Source of the DNA: Epiperipatus broadwayi
Lineage: Eukaryota; Animalia; Onychophora
DNA: 64,000 nt
Reading direction: 5' to 3'
NCBI GenBank assembly: GCA_028023455.1
Contig: JAQFVV010000003.1
Location: 29,140,001 to 29,204,000, forward strand
Positions 27,016 to 40,226 of the stretch are shown piece after piece. Under the pieces are notes generated by a model. It searched no databases. It saw nothing but the letters and a program-made list of their open reading frames with translations, and was not told the origin of the DNA. A program made the position numbers and the translations under genes. Positions within the stretch are counted from its first letter, which is position 1, and each line of letters begins with the position of its first letter.

Positions 27016-28413
27016 TATCAATCAAATGTTTTATTAATGATATAAATGCTATTTTCAATTTAAATATACAGATAAATAATACATTTTATAATGTACTTTA
27101 TAATATTGACATATATGTACATATTCAAAAAATATATAACAACAAATAATAGATCAATAGTATAAAAAGTGGCATAAAATGCAAAACCAACAGGGTAAAG
27201 CTTATTTTTCCAAACATTTTTAATTCAATAAATATATCATAATATTTGGGAATGGATGTTTTGCAGGATTATGTTAACAAATAGTCATCAATTAAAGTGA
27301 ACAGAGACTAAATATAAAATCTTGTTTCAATCTGTGAAAGTGAAAGACAAACACAAAATGCTTGTGAAAGTTTGTGGAGGTAAAAAACGAACGGAATGAT
27401 TCACTTTGCACCATTCTAGATTCCATACTGTAAATCTTCAACTAATAGTTTTAGCATTCTGAAACTTGCAAATAGTCCTCAAAATTATAAACTCATTTTG
27501 AACTAATTTGAGATAATCAGAGTGCTGGATGTCTTCACAGCTATCCTTAAATAGCAGGATTATTAGGGAATGTATTAATGAATAGATATATTTATGTTGA
27601 AAGTGTAGAGATCAAACTGATTACTTAATTAAAACATATACTCAAATTTCATAAACATGTGCAAGGCAGTTAAAACAGTGTTAAAAAGCCATACTAGGAA
27701 ATAAAAACAATTCTAATAATCTTCTAAAAAAGAATGCCACTATCTATCCACTTAGATGGTTAGCTAAGGCAAATCCTATGTTTATTGGGAGCCTAAAAAA
27801 TTTCCATGTTTCACTTCATATATATATAATTAAAATCAATAGAATTATCAATAACTCGTGTGTGATAAATGTCAAAAATACATAGAAAATCGTATTTTGG
27901 AGGGGGTGGATGGGTGAATTTTTGGATAAATCACTTTTTTTTTACTTAATATATTTTACAAATGTATTATGATTGTCTTGAATAAAATTATGCTTTTAGC
28001 TGTTCAATTTGAAAGTCAAATATGTCTCAATAAAGACAAAAGAGACAATTGACAATAATCTTTCCATTGTTGATACAGGGTTGTGAAAATTGGAATTTAC
28101 ATACAAATGAAAGAGAAAATTAGATGCATTTAAATTGTTATTCTGAAATTATCAAAGCTGTCATTGAAGAAATTCTGTCTACCTGGAAAAAAAAATATCG
28201 AGACAAAAATCAAAATATAACATGTGAATGCTGATAGTTCATTTGGGGATGGGATAATGCTTAAAAAAAAAAAAAGCTAAATATATTATGGTGGAATAAT
28301 AAGAGTCAGGTGGTTAGTTAATTTATATACATATAAGACAAAATAATATATAATTAAACAAAACAGTGAAATTAAATGTAGAATTTTCAATATACAAATA
28401 TATTTATTATATA

Positions 28414-28662
28414 AAGAGCTCGCAAATAAGTTCTTAACAAGTCTTTGCAGAATATCCCCAACTCCAGACCGGTTTCTGCTACTGGCTTCCTCAGCGAGGT
28501 GCTAGGATATCTAATACTTGAATATGTCAGTAGCAGAAACCGGTCTGGGGTTAGGGATATTCTGCAAAGCTTGTTAAGAGCTTATTTGTGAGCTCTTTAT
28601 ATAACATTTGTAATACAAGCTTGTTAAATTAGGTCATGTGACATATGACTTGATTTCTTTGT
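28414..28662. mobile_element. Hammerhead-bearing fold-back insertion, family B
   Basis: Inverted arms of ~75 bp within 28408-28603, with a near-TSD AAATATATTTATT(T)ATATA. The segment is absent from the related copy at 31800-31945. Confidence 0.7.
28461..28500 (-). ncRNA. Minimal type I hammerhead ribozyme (family B)
   Basis: ACCTCG-CTGAGGA-AGC-CAGTA-GCA-GAAAC-CG-GTC-TGGAGT. The core boxes are intact, stem III has the palindrome ACCGGT, and stem I is imperfect in this copy. Confidence 0.6.
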
Positions 28663-29319
28663 AAATATATTTATTTATATAATGAAAATTGTAAAGTTAA
28701 TTCCAGTATTTTGTTTTATATGTGTAAATTCATACATCTATTTGTAAAAAAAATCATTTAAAACAGAGCTAATTAAACCCATTCCATCATAATATATTTA
28801 GCTGTACCTTTTTTTGTAAGCATTACCCTTTCTCCAAATGAATTATCAGCATTCACACCATTTAAAATTTTGATTTTTGTCTCAGTATTTTGTTTTCCAG
28901 GTAGACTGAATTTCTTCCATCACAACTTTGACAATCCTTTTTGCTCTATATGGAATTCTAAACAATCTTTTTCAGAATGACAGTTTAAATGTATATAACT
29001 TTTTCTTTCATTTGTATGTAAAGTCCAATTTTAACAACTATGCACCAACAATGAAAAGATGATTGACAATTGTCATTTTTGTCTTTCAAGTTAAACAGCT
29101 AAAAGCAAAATATTAATTCAATACAATTATAAAAAATTTATAAAATATATTAAGTAAAAAAAAAGTGATTTGTCCAAAAACTCACCCCCCCCCTGCGATT
29201 TTTTATGTATTTTTAATATCAAGCATATTAATCCTCCACCTGTTTATTTATTCAAATTTAGGAAATATAAAAGTAAATTTGGCATAAAATAAATACAAGC
29301 TGTTAAAAAAACCCATTAC

Positions 29320-29445
29320 CTCCGGATTGATATATTCATGGACTAAGAGTTTCCTATCTTTTTCAACTTTAAAAGAATTGATTAGCCAAGGTTGAGCGTA
29401 TTCTTGAGTTACATAACGAGGAAAACCCATTCCGACTCTAAGCAC
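29320..29445 (-). CDS. GTF3C1: GTF3C1 internal exon
   Basis: Acceptor ttattatttag, donor gtaatg, 126 nt, phase 0 to 0. VLRVGMGFPRYVTQEYAQPWLINSFKV matches the GTF3C1 motif VLEVG...RLV...WPWLLHS. Confidence 0.85.
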
Positions 29446-29561
29446 CTAAATAATAAGCAGACTATTAAAATCAATGTTTACATGTTTAAAAAAATTTATC
29501 TGAACTTGTATGTTAAGCGTGTCCATGTATTTTTATTTATACATTCAAATAAATATATAGA

Positions 29562-30128
29562 TGTTAAGCCATAAGTGACAACAGCTAACTAATTATTGTA
29601 TATAAATTATATAACCACAGCCCTCATGCTTAAACAAACTAATCAGAATACTAGCAATATGTTGTCAATACAATATTAAAATTAAATAGTAAACATTTGC
29701 CTAATTTAATTATAGTTTTGCCTTGATAGGCAATTGCTAATATTCTGTCTGTTTATTTAAATGTCTGTGGTTATGTAATTTATATATATTGTAATGGGAT
29801 GGAATATATGCTGCCATGCTCTTATTTAAGAGTCCCACAGATTTGGGCAGCATACATAATGTGATGATCTTTTTCTCTAGAAGAGGTGTAACTAACTGCG
29901 GTCGCTTATTGGATCTTCAAGGTATCGCATTAAACCTGATAGGGCAAGTCATCTATCTGATAGTTTACCTGGGTTTGGGATGGAATTCACACTTACATAA
30001 TTTCCATTACTTCACCTCTTCTTAATCTTCATTATGCTAGAGTTCAAACTCAAGAATTAATGTACACATATTCTATTTCAAGATATATTTATTCTGTATC
30101 TAATGTGTGCATTGAATATGCATGCATA
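29562..30128 (-). mobile_element. Possible solo LTR
   Basis: GC-richer block with a minus-strand TATA-like CTTAAATAAG and AATAAA, and TG...CA ends. The TSD is ambiguous. Confidence 0.35.
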
Positions 30129-31950
30129 TAGTGTAAATTATTGGAAAATAGAAAAATCAAATAACAGCCAACTGATTTAATTTAATATTTGACAAATTAA
30201 ATTTGATGGTGGTTTCCATTCATGATTGATTTATAACAAAAATAATGTGTTTTGATTAATTTAATAATTGTGTAGGCATGATCATCCTTCGTTTGTGTTC
30301 ATTAACTATTTATTAACCCATACCATTCACCATTCTAATTTAATAATTTCAACTTTACATCGAATACAATTTAAAAAAGAAACCTATATTTTAATAATTA
30401 ACTTTGCTAACTAAAATTTCTAATATCAGTTGCTCATTAATTCCCGATCTGTCTATCTATATTTTATAATTTGTTGAAGATTACTCTTATATTCTGAACC
30501 CCCTCCTATTCTGGTGTCATACAAATCTATGATAGGACAGACCAATTATCCAAGGGTTTAGTCATTCATTCTGAGTAACAAATAATAATTAAGTTAATTG
30601 AACATAAACACTGAACATAAAAAATATTGTAACTGTCAAAGTGTGAGCGCTTAATATTGGATAAGAATAAAGTCTCACCTTTTAAGTCAGTAGACTAATG
30701 TATCAATTGGCAAGCAAGTTCAGGAGTCTGCACCTAAATTTTATTATTAAATTAAAAATTAAAAAAAAAATAGATTTGATGGCTCTCCTTCCCTCTAGAA
30801 TAATTGATGGTTGGATGAATTGATTCTCTATTTCAAAACAAAGAAACCAATTTAATAAGCGAAATAAGAATAAAAAAAATTTATAAAAATATAATTTGAG
30901 ATGTTAATCCAGCATAATCTAGCATTAGTTCAAAGACTTGTAGTTCAATTGTGAAACATCTAAGTATTTTTGCCTTTAGGAAAGTTCCTTTCCATGAACT
31001 GGATGGTAGTTCATCGGATAATCTTCGGTCACCATCTGGATCTTGGTGTTGGTGACTCAGACTCTTTTAGAACTATCCCATGCTGAGGAAATTTCTTTGC
31101 TTGATTGTAGCGCGTTGTAGATTTTTTTATTATCATGGTCGTCATGATGTTAATTTGAAATGATAATCATATCTGGAATCATGTTTGCATAATGAGCAGC
31201 TCCATCCCCATGATGTTTCTCACTTCCTAGCCACACATAATTTGTTATTTTCTAGCTTATATATAACTTGGATTAAAATATAAGCTTTAAGGAAATTGGT
31301 AGTGGGTTCCTTAACCGATTTTTTCAAGTTGCAATTGTAGTGACTTATGAGCTTTACTATTGAGGACAGTTAATATGATAACTAACTTAATTTTAGAAAT
31401 TTAAAAAATAAATTTTTGTAAAGACATAATTTACTCTCCTTCCCCCCTTTTTTTTTTTTAAAAAAAAATGAAGTTATCCTATATTGCCTTATCTTTCACT
31501 GATTGATGTATGAGTTTCAAGATCGTGCTTTTATTTTCACTGTTGACATCATTTTGACATTTATAGAATTTTATGCTGAATTAATAAATAAATAAAAAAA
31601 TTTAACATTAATGATTTCTTTCTTTTGTTTTTTGAGATTTTTACTTGCTTGCATTTATAGATTTGGTATATGTATATATAAGTCAGTATTGTCAATAATA
31701 TAATTTTAACTGTCAATTTTACACAAACTTATTAATATATAACTAATATGTTTTTAACGATTGTTGGTGGTAATAATTGTGAGGTCGGTTTAAATGCATC
31801 CTTATAATATATATATAAGACAAAACAATATATAATTAAATAAAACACTGAGATTAAGTTTACAATTTTCAATATATATTTATTTATATAATAAAAATTG
31901 TAAAGTTAATTTCAGTATTTTGTTGTATATGTGTAAGTTAATAAAGATCA

Positions 31951-32409
31951 CAATACGTATAGAGAGTTTTGCCTATTTTAATAACAGTTAAAAGCAAGCA
32001 TAAGAAATGGTGATCATGTGATGTTTATTGGTTTAAAACCAATCCTGTCTAATAGGATAGTGGTGGCTATGGTTATTAAAGAACCAAAGATACCAAAATG
32101 TATGGGTACTGAAGTGAGTTCAAACCTAGATGACTATATAAACTGATGAGCTTGGATTGAAAATATTATGGTGTTTTCAATTTAAGTCCCACAGTTTTGT
32201 AGTTAAGTAGAGATGAAAGATGGCTGCTGAAGGGTTGCATTAGATCCTAAGATCTGGGTGCAGTGCTTTCAGATCCAAGGCTCCTCACTGATGAAGACCA
32301 CAAGCCAGAAACTAGTCTGGGGATATTGGATGAGTAGGCACTAGATGGGATTTTATGCACAAGCCTTCTGCCATCCATTGATTACTCTGGCTTGCACTGA
32401 GTTGCAATA
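31951..32409 (+). mobile_element. Family A single full monomer (circularly permuted)
   Basis: Starts at CAATACGTATAGAGAG and ends at GCAATAT, one ~458-nt unit. Hammerhead at 32282-32323. Confidence 0.8.
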
Positions 32410-34299
32410 TAAAAAAATCATTTGATGCAGACCAAATTAAACCCAATCTTATTTGATTATGTTCTAAAATAATAAGTAGCTATACTACTAACTTCTGGAA
32501 GAAAAGAATCAGATGTATATAATACCAAATAAAGAGTGAATAAGCGTATGCTATAATTTCTTATTTAATTAGTAATTTTTAAAGATTAGTTTATTACAGA
32601 TTGTATTATTGCAATAACTAAACTTTAAAACTTTAAATAACCTCAACCATTTAGTGATTATCTTCAATACATCTGTTAAATTTAGTCATTAATGATTTCT
32701 TTTTTAAAAACATAAAAAAAAATCATTTTTTAAATACATTTTGTCACAATAAGATGAGATGATTTAAGTTTTTCACATTTAGCATTTTTATGAGAAAGCA
32801 CAGAATACTAACATTAGGTTGAGAAAATTGATCATAATTTCTTTTTCTATTTACAGAAAAATTTTCCAAATTGGTACCTAATGAACATCTAACTAATCTT
32901 TCATTATAGCAATTTAATTTCCTTGACAAAAATAAATTGGCTATGTTTTAGCTCAAACTTATGATTACACTGATTCATTTTTAAAATAATACAATGAAAT
33001 TTAAATCCATTATTTCCGTGTATTATATTTTCTTGCAAACTTCATTTGTTTTTTTTTGTTTTTTTTTTTGCTCCTAAAATTGGTATCATATAAATAATAT
33101 GATTATCAGATCCAATATTAATCATAGTGTTATTTTCACATTTATCATTGATAAATCAATATTCTGGTATAATATTGTTAGAGATAGATTTTTTTTTAAA
33201 ATGGCATACAAATATTATATATTGTAATATTGTAGACAGTTGCTAGCTCTGGTCATGCCAATATTACATGTATCTTAAATTTAAAATATATTAATTAAAG
33301 ATGAAATGATAGATTCAATTTTCCCACATTTTTTAAAATATCAAACATTAATGTATTTAAAAATTAACATTTTTTAAAAATAATATGATAGTTTTCAAAC
33401 ATTGTTTTTTAAATACTGTAATAATGTGGATATTGTTATAATTTGATAAGAGTTGTAAAAGAGAAAAGTATAAAATCAAATAAATAATTTGTTTTGCTCT
33501 ATTCAGTAATTTTAATTATCTACCCATTTGAATTTCGAAGATATTAAGTAAAAAAATTTTCTCTTTAGTAAATTATTTAACAATTTGTAATTTTAATTTT
33601 TGGGAGAGATAAAGTAGGTTAAATTTTATGTTTAGCAAGATTTTAAAAGAAGAAAAAAAAAAGATTTAACATTTTTAATTAAAGTATTTTTTTTCTTTAT
33701 TTCTCTCCAAACCAAAAGGTAATATTTAGCAAATCAATTGTAATTAAGGGATTATTTTATTTTTGGCATAGGAAAAAAATAATTGCAGAGGAAATTTTTT
33801 TTTATGATGAGAATTTTAATTTTATTTTTGTTGTTTTGCAATTTTAATTTTAAAAGGGGAAATAACCTTTTGTAAAAATAAACCCATTTGGTCAGAGTTA
33901 AATTTTGTTAGGTGAGAGACAAGATTGTGATTGGATAGACCCAAGATTATAAAAAATATGATAGGGGAGTGGGTAAGTCAGTAACCTTCTACATGCTGTG
34001 AAGAACAGTCAGTCTTGGTTAAGCTATTGAAGAAAGCAGGAGCAGCAGAGATGCCTGATTTTGCTGAAGACAGTAGCAAAAGTTCACATGTGAAGAGTCC
34101 ACTACCAGATAAAAGAAATGACTTAAAATGGAGTTAAAGAAACAAGAAGTTGAACATCGTCAAATCTCAACCATGTAATTTGCTCCCTAAAGAAAATGTA
34201 AAAGAATACCCCTGAAGTAATCCACAATAAGTCGTCTTCATCCAAAAGCATGAGGAAACTCTGTCTTTGTGTTAGCCTGCCTTGGAAAATTATTAAAAA

Positions 34300-37200
34300 G
34301 AAAAAATGGATAAATACTTTGTGTTCACCTGGAAAATATTCTGCTGTAAAATGGAGAAAATTAATTATGTACATTAGCCTGCAAGTGAGGGTTAATGGAG
34401 AAGCCTACAATATATTTTAATGTGCACATTATATTTACATTTATAGATAATTTTGAAATTCAGTAATTTTTTGTTTTTTTTTAGTTTTAAAAGAAATTTT
34501 ATTGATAAACACTTAGTATATTACAGTAGAAATGAAAAAAACGCAATATGAAGATCTCTACACATTTACAATTTGTTAGAATTAAAAAAAATAAATCACT
34601 ACACATTATTAAGTATACAATATTGTAATGAATATAGCCGATAAAAAATAAGACCTTGAGAAATTCTGGCTAAAATTTTTCACTATAGGTTACAGCACTG
34701 AAAAATAAGTGACCATGTAACTGCAAATATATAAAGTAATTATTTTGTCTAGTTTGTTTTTAAATATGTTCAGGTGTCTTCTTGTATAATTGTTGTAAAG
34801 AAATAAGCATCTTGTTCACCACAAAACATAAAGTATGAATGTAATAGACCTTATTTCTGCAAAGTAAGCTTATGGAAAAAGTTAATTATTGATTGAATTG
34901 TACAATTATTTTTCCTAAGTATTTTTGTGATGTATGACCAGACATTTTGTAGGTTACTATATTTAAAAAAGGTATTTTGATCTTCTTTGAGACATAAATG
35001 ACATATAGTTTGTATTTCTCTTATATCTCAAAAAGTATAATGTAGGCAAAAACCACATTTTTATTTGGAGCATAAAATCAAAATATTTTGGTTAAAATCT
35101 CCTTACTAGTTGCTTATTATTAATGCCAAGCATTGGAAAGTCAGTCCCTTCATTCATGTTTGGATATAAAAGAGCATGAATTTTCCGGTATCACCATTTC
35201 TCTTGTGGAAATGTTATCTTACTACTTGTCTTTCAGTTAACTGGTACTAGAATTGTTTGAAAATGTTTTATGTACGAAGGAAACTTGTCTGTTGATATTG
35301 ACTTAAGTATCATCTCCAGATGAAGAAATAATCTTATCATGACTAACATAAGGTTAATAGATTTTTGGATTCTATATATGTAAATTGAGTGTAGTCCTAA
35401 TTTTGAATTCTATGAAACAGTAATTTTTTGAGTAAAATTGTAACTGTTTTCTTTCCCAACAAGAGTTTTCTACAAAGTGAATAAACATTTGAGATGAATG
35501 ATTTTATAAAGATTATGACAGGTAAATGTTGATAAATCTATCTTAGAATAGAGTAAGAAGTACACCTTTGACAGTGATGACAAAGTGTTTTGTTGATTAC
35601 AATTTATCTTGTATTTGCTTTTGCACAGCCATTATGTTATGTAGTTGGTAAGCCAAGAAATATGTTTGTATATATTTTACCTGTATATATACCATGCACA
35701 TGATTTGTCAAGATTGAATTCAAGTTTATGGAAGTTGGTAAATTCCTTCCTGAATTTTTACTAATATCTGGATTTTTTGTTTGTTTGTAAAAAGTTCTAT
35801 ATATTATATTGTCCATGTATGCTATGCTATACAGGTTATACTACAAATTAATGTGGGAATATAGATTCTTGGAAGATGTTTTTCTATGTTGCTGAGAAAT
35901 TAGTTTATGCAAGGTGTAAATAATAAAGTATTAAGCAGTGATATTTGAGATACTGATAGATTTAGGTTGAATGAGGGAGATATTTTTCCATTTAAAGTAA
36001 TATATATTTCCCTATTTAAATTTGTAGGCACATATAAAATAGAATTAGACATATTAGTATTTTCCAAAGTTTGCATGAAAATGTCAACTGATAAAGAGCC
36101 AAAAGCTGTTTTAATGTTGAGCTGCACTATCATTGAGCTGTATTTCTTTGCATTTTGCACCGTTTCAATGACTGTCTTGAATAATAGTACTGCTAGTCCT
36201 GTTGACGATTTTTTTTTAATGAATTATGATGTGACAGTAGTGATAATAGGTGTGTCTCCAACTGGTTTTTAATACTTTTTCAAGTAAATTTATCCCTAAT
36301 GAACCCATGAATATGGGCCTTATTTTTAGCACTGTATATGGTGATATATTTTTCTTGTGAATGGGAAAATTGCTATTGGATATAAATCATGAATTTCATA
36401 AATTTCTTTTGATAGGAAATTAGCCATGTCTGCAAGATATTTTGAGATGAAATGACTTAAGATTTTCAAATACAAACTTTGGTATGCCTGGAAGACCTGG
36501 ATGGGAAGATTCAGGCATGATTTCCTTACTTTGTAAAAAATCTTGTGGTCTGAACAATACTTGTTCATCTGTTGTCCCAAAGTAGTTATATGATAGTATG
36601 AAAATTGTTTTCCTTTCTAATTTACTTTTCAAGTGTGTATAGACTAAGCTTAGTATATTATCACCAGTCATAAATATGTTGTCAATAAATAGAGCAGCAG
36701 AACTTAGATATATGAGATTAAACTAGTGCCTATCTGATATAATGTCTGTTGTGTCCACACCTTGCTAAATCTTATGGCCCGGACCTTAATTGGGGAGGTT
36801 ACTATTCCCTGATTGAATTCCAATAGTTTACCCAATAATGACTCAACCCTACTTCAGTTAAATCTAGTGTATTTAATAAATTTAACTCACAATAAATTAA
36901 TACATTAACTGACTAAAAATATTAGAGTAATACATATATACACATAAATCTATAGGCATACAAAATAATAACAAAGATCGTTCTGACCTGTTTAGTCCCT
37001 AGTTTGCTTTCTCACATCTGGAGGCAAGCTCTCCATTCTTGGAGCTACTGGGTGAAGAGTGATGTTCAGCACCCAAATTTTAGTCCATCTCCCAGTTGAG
37101 CTCCTGGTTAACTCTCTTCCTTTTTTCTCCTCCAACTTGCATGTCTTCTTCCATTGGTTTCTTCCTACAGCTGATTGGTTGGTATTCCTACTCATCAGAT

Positions 37201-38900
37201 AAGGTAGTTATATGTTGGACTCCAGAATGTTTTACGTTTTGTTAACTTTAATTAAAGAGTCATTATGAGACTCAAATTCTTGTTATCAATGATAGAAATC
37301 TGACTCTCATTCCTTTAATTGTTATAATACATTTTTATCTTGTTAGCACTAATTTTACTTTTTCGCTATAATTAGAATATAATCTTTTTTCTAATCTTAT
37401 AACCTCTAATTATTTTTTAGTTTGTATTTAAAAGATAAATCTTTTAATTCTACAATTATTTTTTATTTATTTACTATGTACTCACACATATACATAACAT
37501 TATTTCCCCCAAGTTCAGAGATTAATTTGTAATCTTCGAACTTAATATATAGTCGCCGAGATACTTTGGTGTTTTAATTTGTCTTTTAACATGCTAACAA
37601 GGGATAATTTCCATCTTATTTGGTATGTTATCTCTTGATGTTGTTATGGATATTGTTTTCGATTTATTTTCTTTTTGCATTGGTCTCTGTTGTGACTAAC
37701 ACGCGCATTAGGTCCACGCTTTCATGTGTATGGGTACATCACATAAATATAACTGTCTCAACTAAGTGTGTGATTCTCTAAGTTTTCTTTTTTTTTGAGA
37801 CAACATATTCCTTTAGTACAACACATGTTGATTTATAAGTTTTTTTTAAATTTTAATATAAACTAATTATTGTCTGATGTGGTTGCTCACTTTGGGATTT
37901 TGTGTACAGTTCATCAATGAGGACTAAGAGTCTTGTAGGAGGCATAGTAGATCTAATAACATAATTTAGAGTGAAATTATTTGTGTGAATGATATCCATT
38001 TTTGTACAGAGTAGTTTATCTTCAGCTTGACAACTAGAATATAAATTTCTGAGTACAGAAATTCTGTGGTTCTTGTATGCAATAACATCCTTATTGTTTT
38101 ATTATATTATATTTGGGTAGAATGTATAATTTAGACCTAGAATTTATTGCAAAATAGTCTGAGAATAAAGCATGGCCTAGTTGGATTTTAAATGAGTGAT
38201 GTAGTAAAAGTTAACAAAAAACTAAGTCAATCAGTGATGAATATCTAAGACTGCATTATGTGACAGAAAACCCTCACTACTTATTTGTAGAATATGAATG
38301 AGATATAATCATTTGAATACAAATGTAGTGTACATGTTGAAATCTTCCATGAGCAAAATGGAAAATGAAGCAAATAATGAATTTATTATTTAAATGATTC
38401 TATTCATTGTTTTATAGTTTGGAAATATATATATATATACACTATATTTAAGTTTCTAGTCTTATAATGCATACTAACTATTAGCAAATAATCACCAATA
38501 CCCAATATTCTACATGAATTAAATGGACAGACTTTTCAATTCTTAGATCTAATAAGTTTGGGCATAAAAATAAAGATGGAATTGCTGAAAGGTGGATACA
38601 TATCTAAGTATTATTCCATATGTTTCATCAAAAAGTGTTCCAGCAACAAATATAAACACATAAGATTCACATACAATTTATAGTCCAAACTTTTGATACC
38701 ATCATCATAGGCAATAAGATGAGTTAAGGTCAGACTATAAAATACCGTAATAAAAAGTTCACCAGACTCAGTAATGAAAACAGACTCAATGATGATGGCA
38801 CTAGGCCAACTGATGAAACAAGAAGATAATATAAATATCCACCAAGCTTCTTGAGGATTATGTACTCCAAAGCGATCTTTTTCCAGGAGAAGAGAATGTT
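34300..38900 (-). mobile_element. Degenerate non-LTR retrotransposon (endonuclease + RT), split by a gypsy fragment
   Basis: EN traces (INSRS at ~38140, CIQEP at ~38075). RT traces TDEQVLFRP, IVQLNIKTAFGSL and NLSVSQISLLNTLLFTPCIN (degenerate GVPQGS..SPLLF..YIN). Confidence 0.65.
36747..37850 (-). mobile_element. Ty3/gypsy 3' fragment: pol tail, PPT and LTR (36747-37499)
   Basis: KRQIKTPKYLGDY-type pol terminus, PPT GAACTTGGGGGAAATAA immediately before TGTTATG, and an LTR ending in CAACA. Confidence 0.7.
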
Positions 38901-40020
38901 GTGAACACAAGTTTATTCACAAATAATGGAATTGCCCAAACTAAAATATTATCATTATCAGAATGAACATATAACACACTGATAAATAAAAACAGATAAA
39001 TAGGCAATGGCACAAAAAGGCCAAATGGTTAGCTAGGTCAGTTAATTGGACTGTTTCTAATAAAAAAGAGAAGCTGTCTATATACTGGAAGTCCATTTGA
39101 AAGGGTAGTTATACAACGTTAGATAACTGTCAGATATTAGACAACAGTGAGCTCCTTGACCACTATTTGAAATTAAATTGAGAGAGTGCAAATTTCTCAA
39201 GCGCTTATGACAACCAACAGCCAATCAAATCTTACGCACTGGGACAGATAATTTAACAAAAAAAGAGCGGCTCCACTCTCTTCTTTACTTGTCTTTCTAT
39301 ATATCCAAACCAGTCCAAAGTACTTATATCTGAAAGCATGAATCATTTGGTAAAAAACAGTGAGGCAAATACAAAGCTAGAATAAAAAACTGCTATCTGC
39401 TGACATCATTGTACCTGCATATAAGACAAACAACCTGTGGGCTGGAAGTGTCAGACTTTGAAAGAGGAGTCTCAGCATTGTTTCACAAAGATTAGTTGTA
39501 TCATTGACAATAAACTATTCAAAATTCTCCATCATAACGAAAGCGAACCTCTGACTGAAACTCTTCTGTTAATATTTATTCATTGGGTTGTATGATATTA
39601 TTGAATGACCTAGACATATTCCAGTGGCAATACAGATAAAAACACAACAATTTATTAATTATATATCTGCCATTGCTCAAAACATAAATTTTCCTTTTTA
39701 TTTTCCTGTTGCTATATATTCAACAATCTTAAAATCTGACAGTTTTTAATACATGTAATCGATCTATAGTAGAATTATATTTGCAAATTACAACTTATCT
39801 GTAAAAAAAAACACTCCAGAAATTCCTACATTAAAATATATAAAAAGTAATCTATACTAAAAAAAGTTTTTGTTTCATATGTTCTTGTTATTCAAAATTT
39901 TGATCATGAAAATTTAAGTGCTGTTTTTTCTTACAGGTAAATTGTAGTAATAGTTGAGCAAAGATCAACTTTGTTTATCTCATAGCTGTTTAAATTAGGT
40001 TTTCAAGTTGTAAGAAAGTT

Positions 40021-40226
40021 AAACCATTAAACATCATATGATCACCATTCTTTATGCTTACACAAGCTGTTTACACTGAAGCTAAACTCTCCATTCAGTA
40101 GCGCCTCTTAGTTCAAGCCAGAGTAATCAATGGATACAAGGTTGTGCACTAGATAAGGATTTTATGCACAAACCTTCTTGCAACCATTGATTTGAGTGGT
40201 GCTACTATATGGAGAGTTTAGCCTCT
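40021..40226. mobile_element. Older short family A fold-back insertion
   Basis: Inverted then direct family A segments. Degenerate 14-bp TSD GTTGTAAGAAAGTT / GTTGTAAAGAAGTT. Confidence 0.65.

Larger units (their letters stand above)
27870..29215. mobile_element. Fold-back/MITE-like DNA element with ~400-bp imperfect inverted repeats
   Basis: 27880-28290 is the reverse complement of ~28770-29215. The central part resembles 31800-31945. Exact termini and TSD were not resolved. Confidence 0.65.

Noticed and set aside
33990-34140. Plus-strand coding-like stretch (LVKLLKKAGAAEMPDFAED...)
   Set aside because: Short, with no start, splice partners or recognisable family. Probably TE debris.
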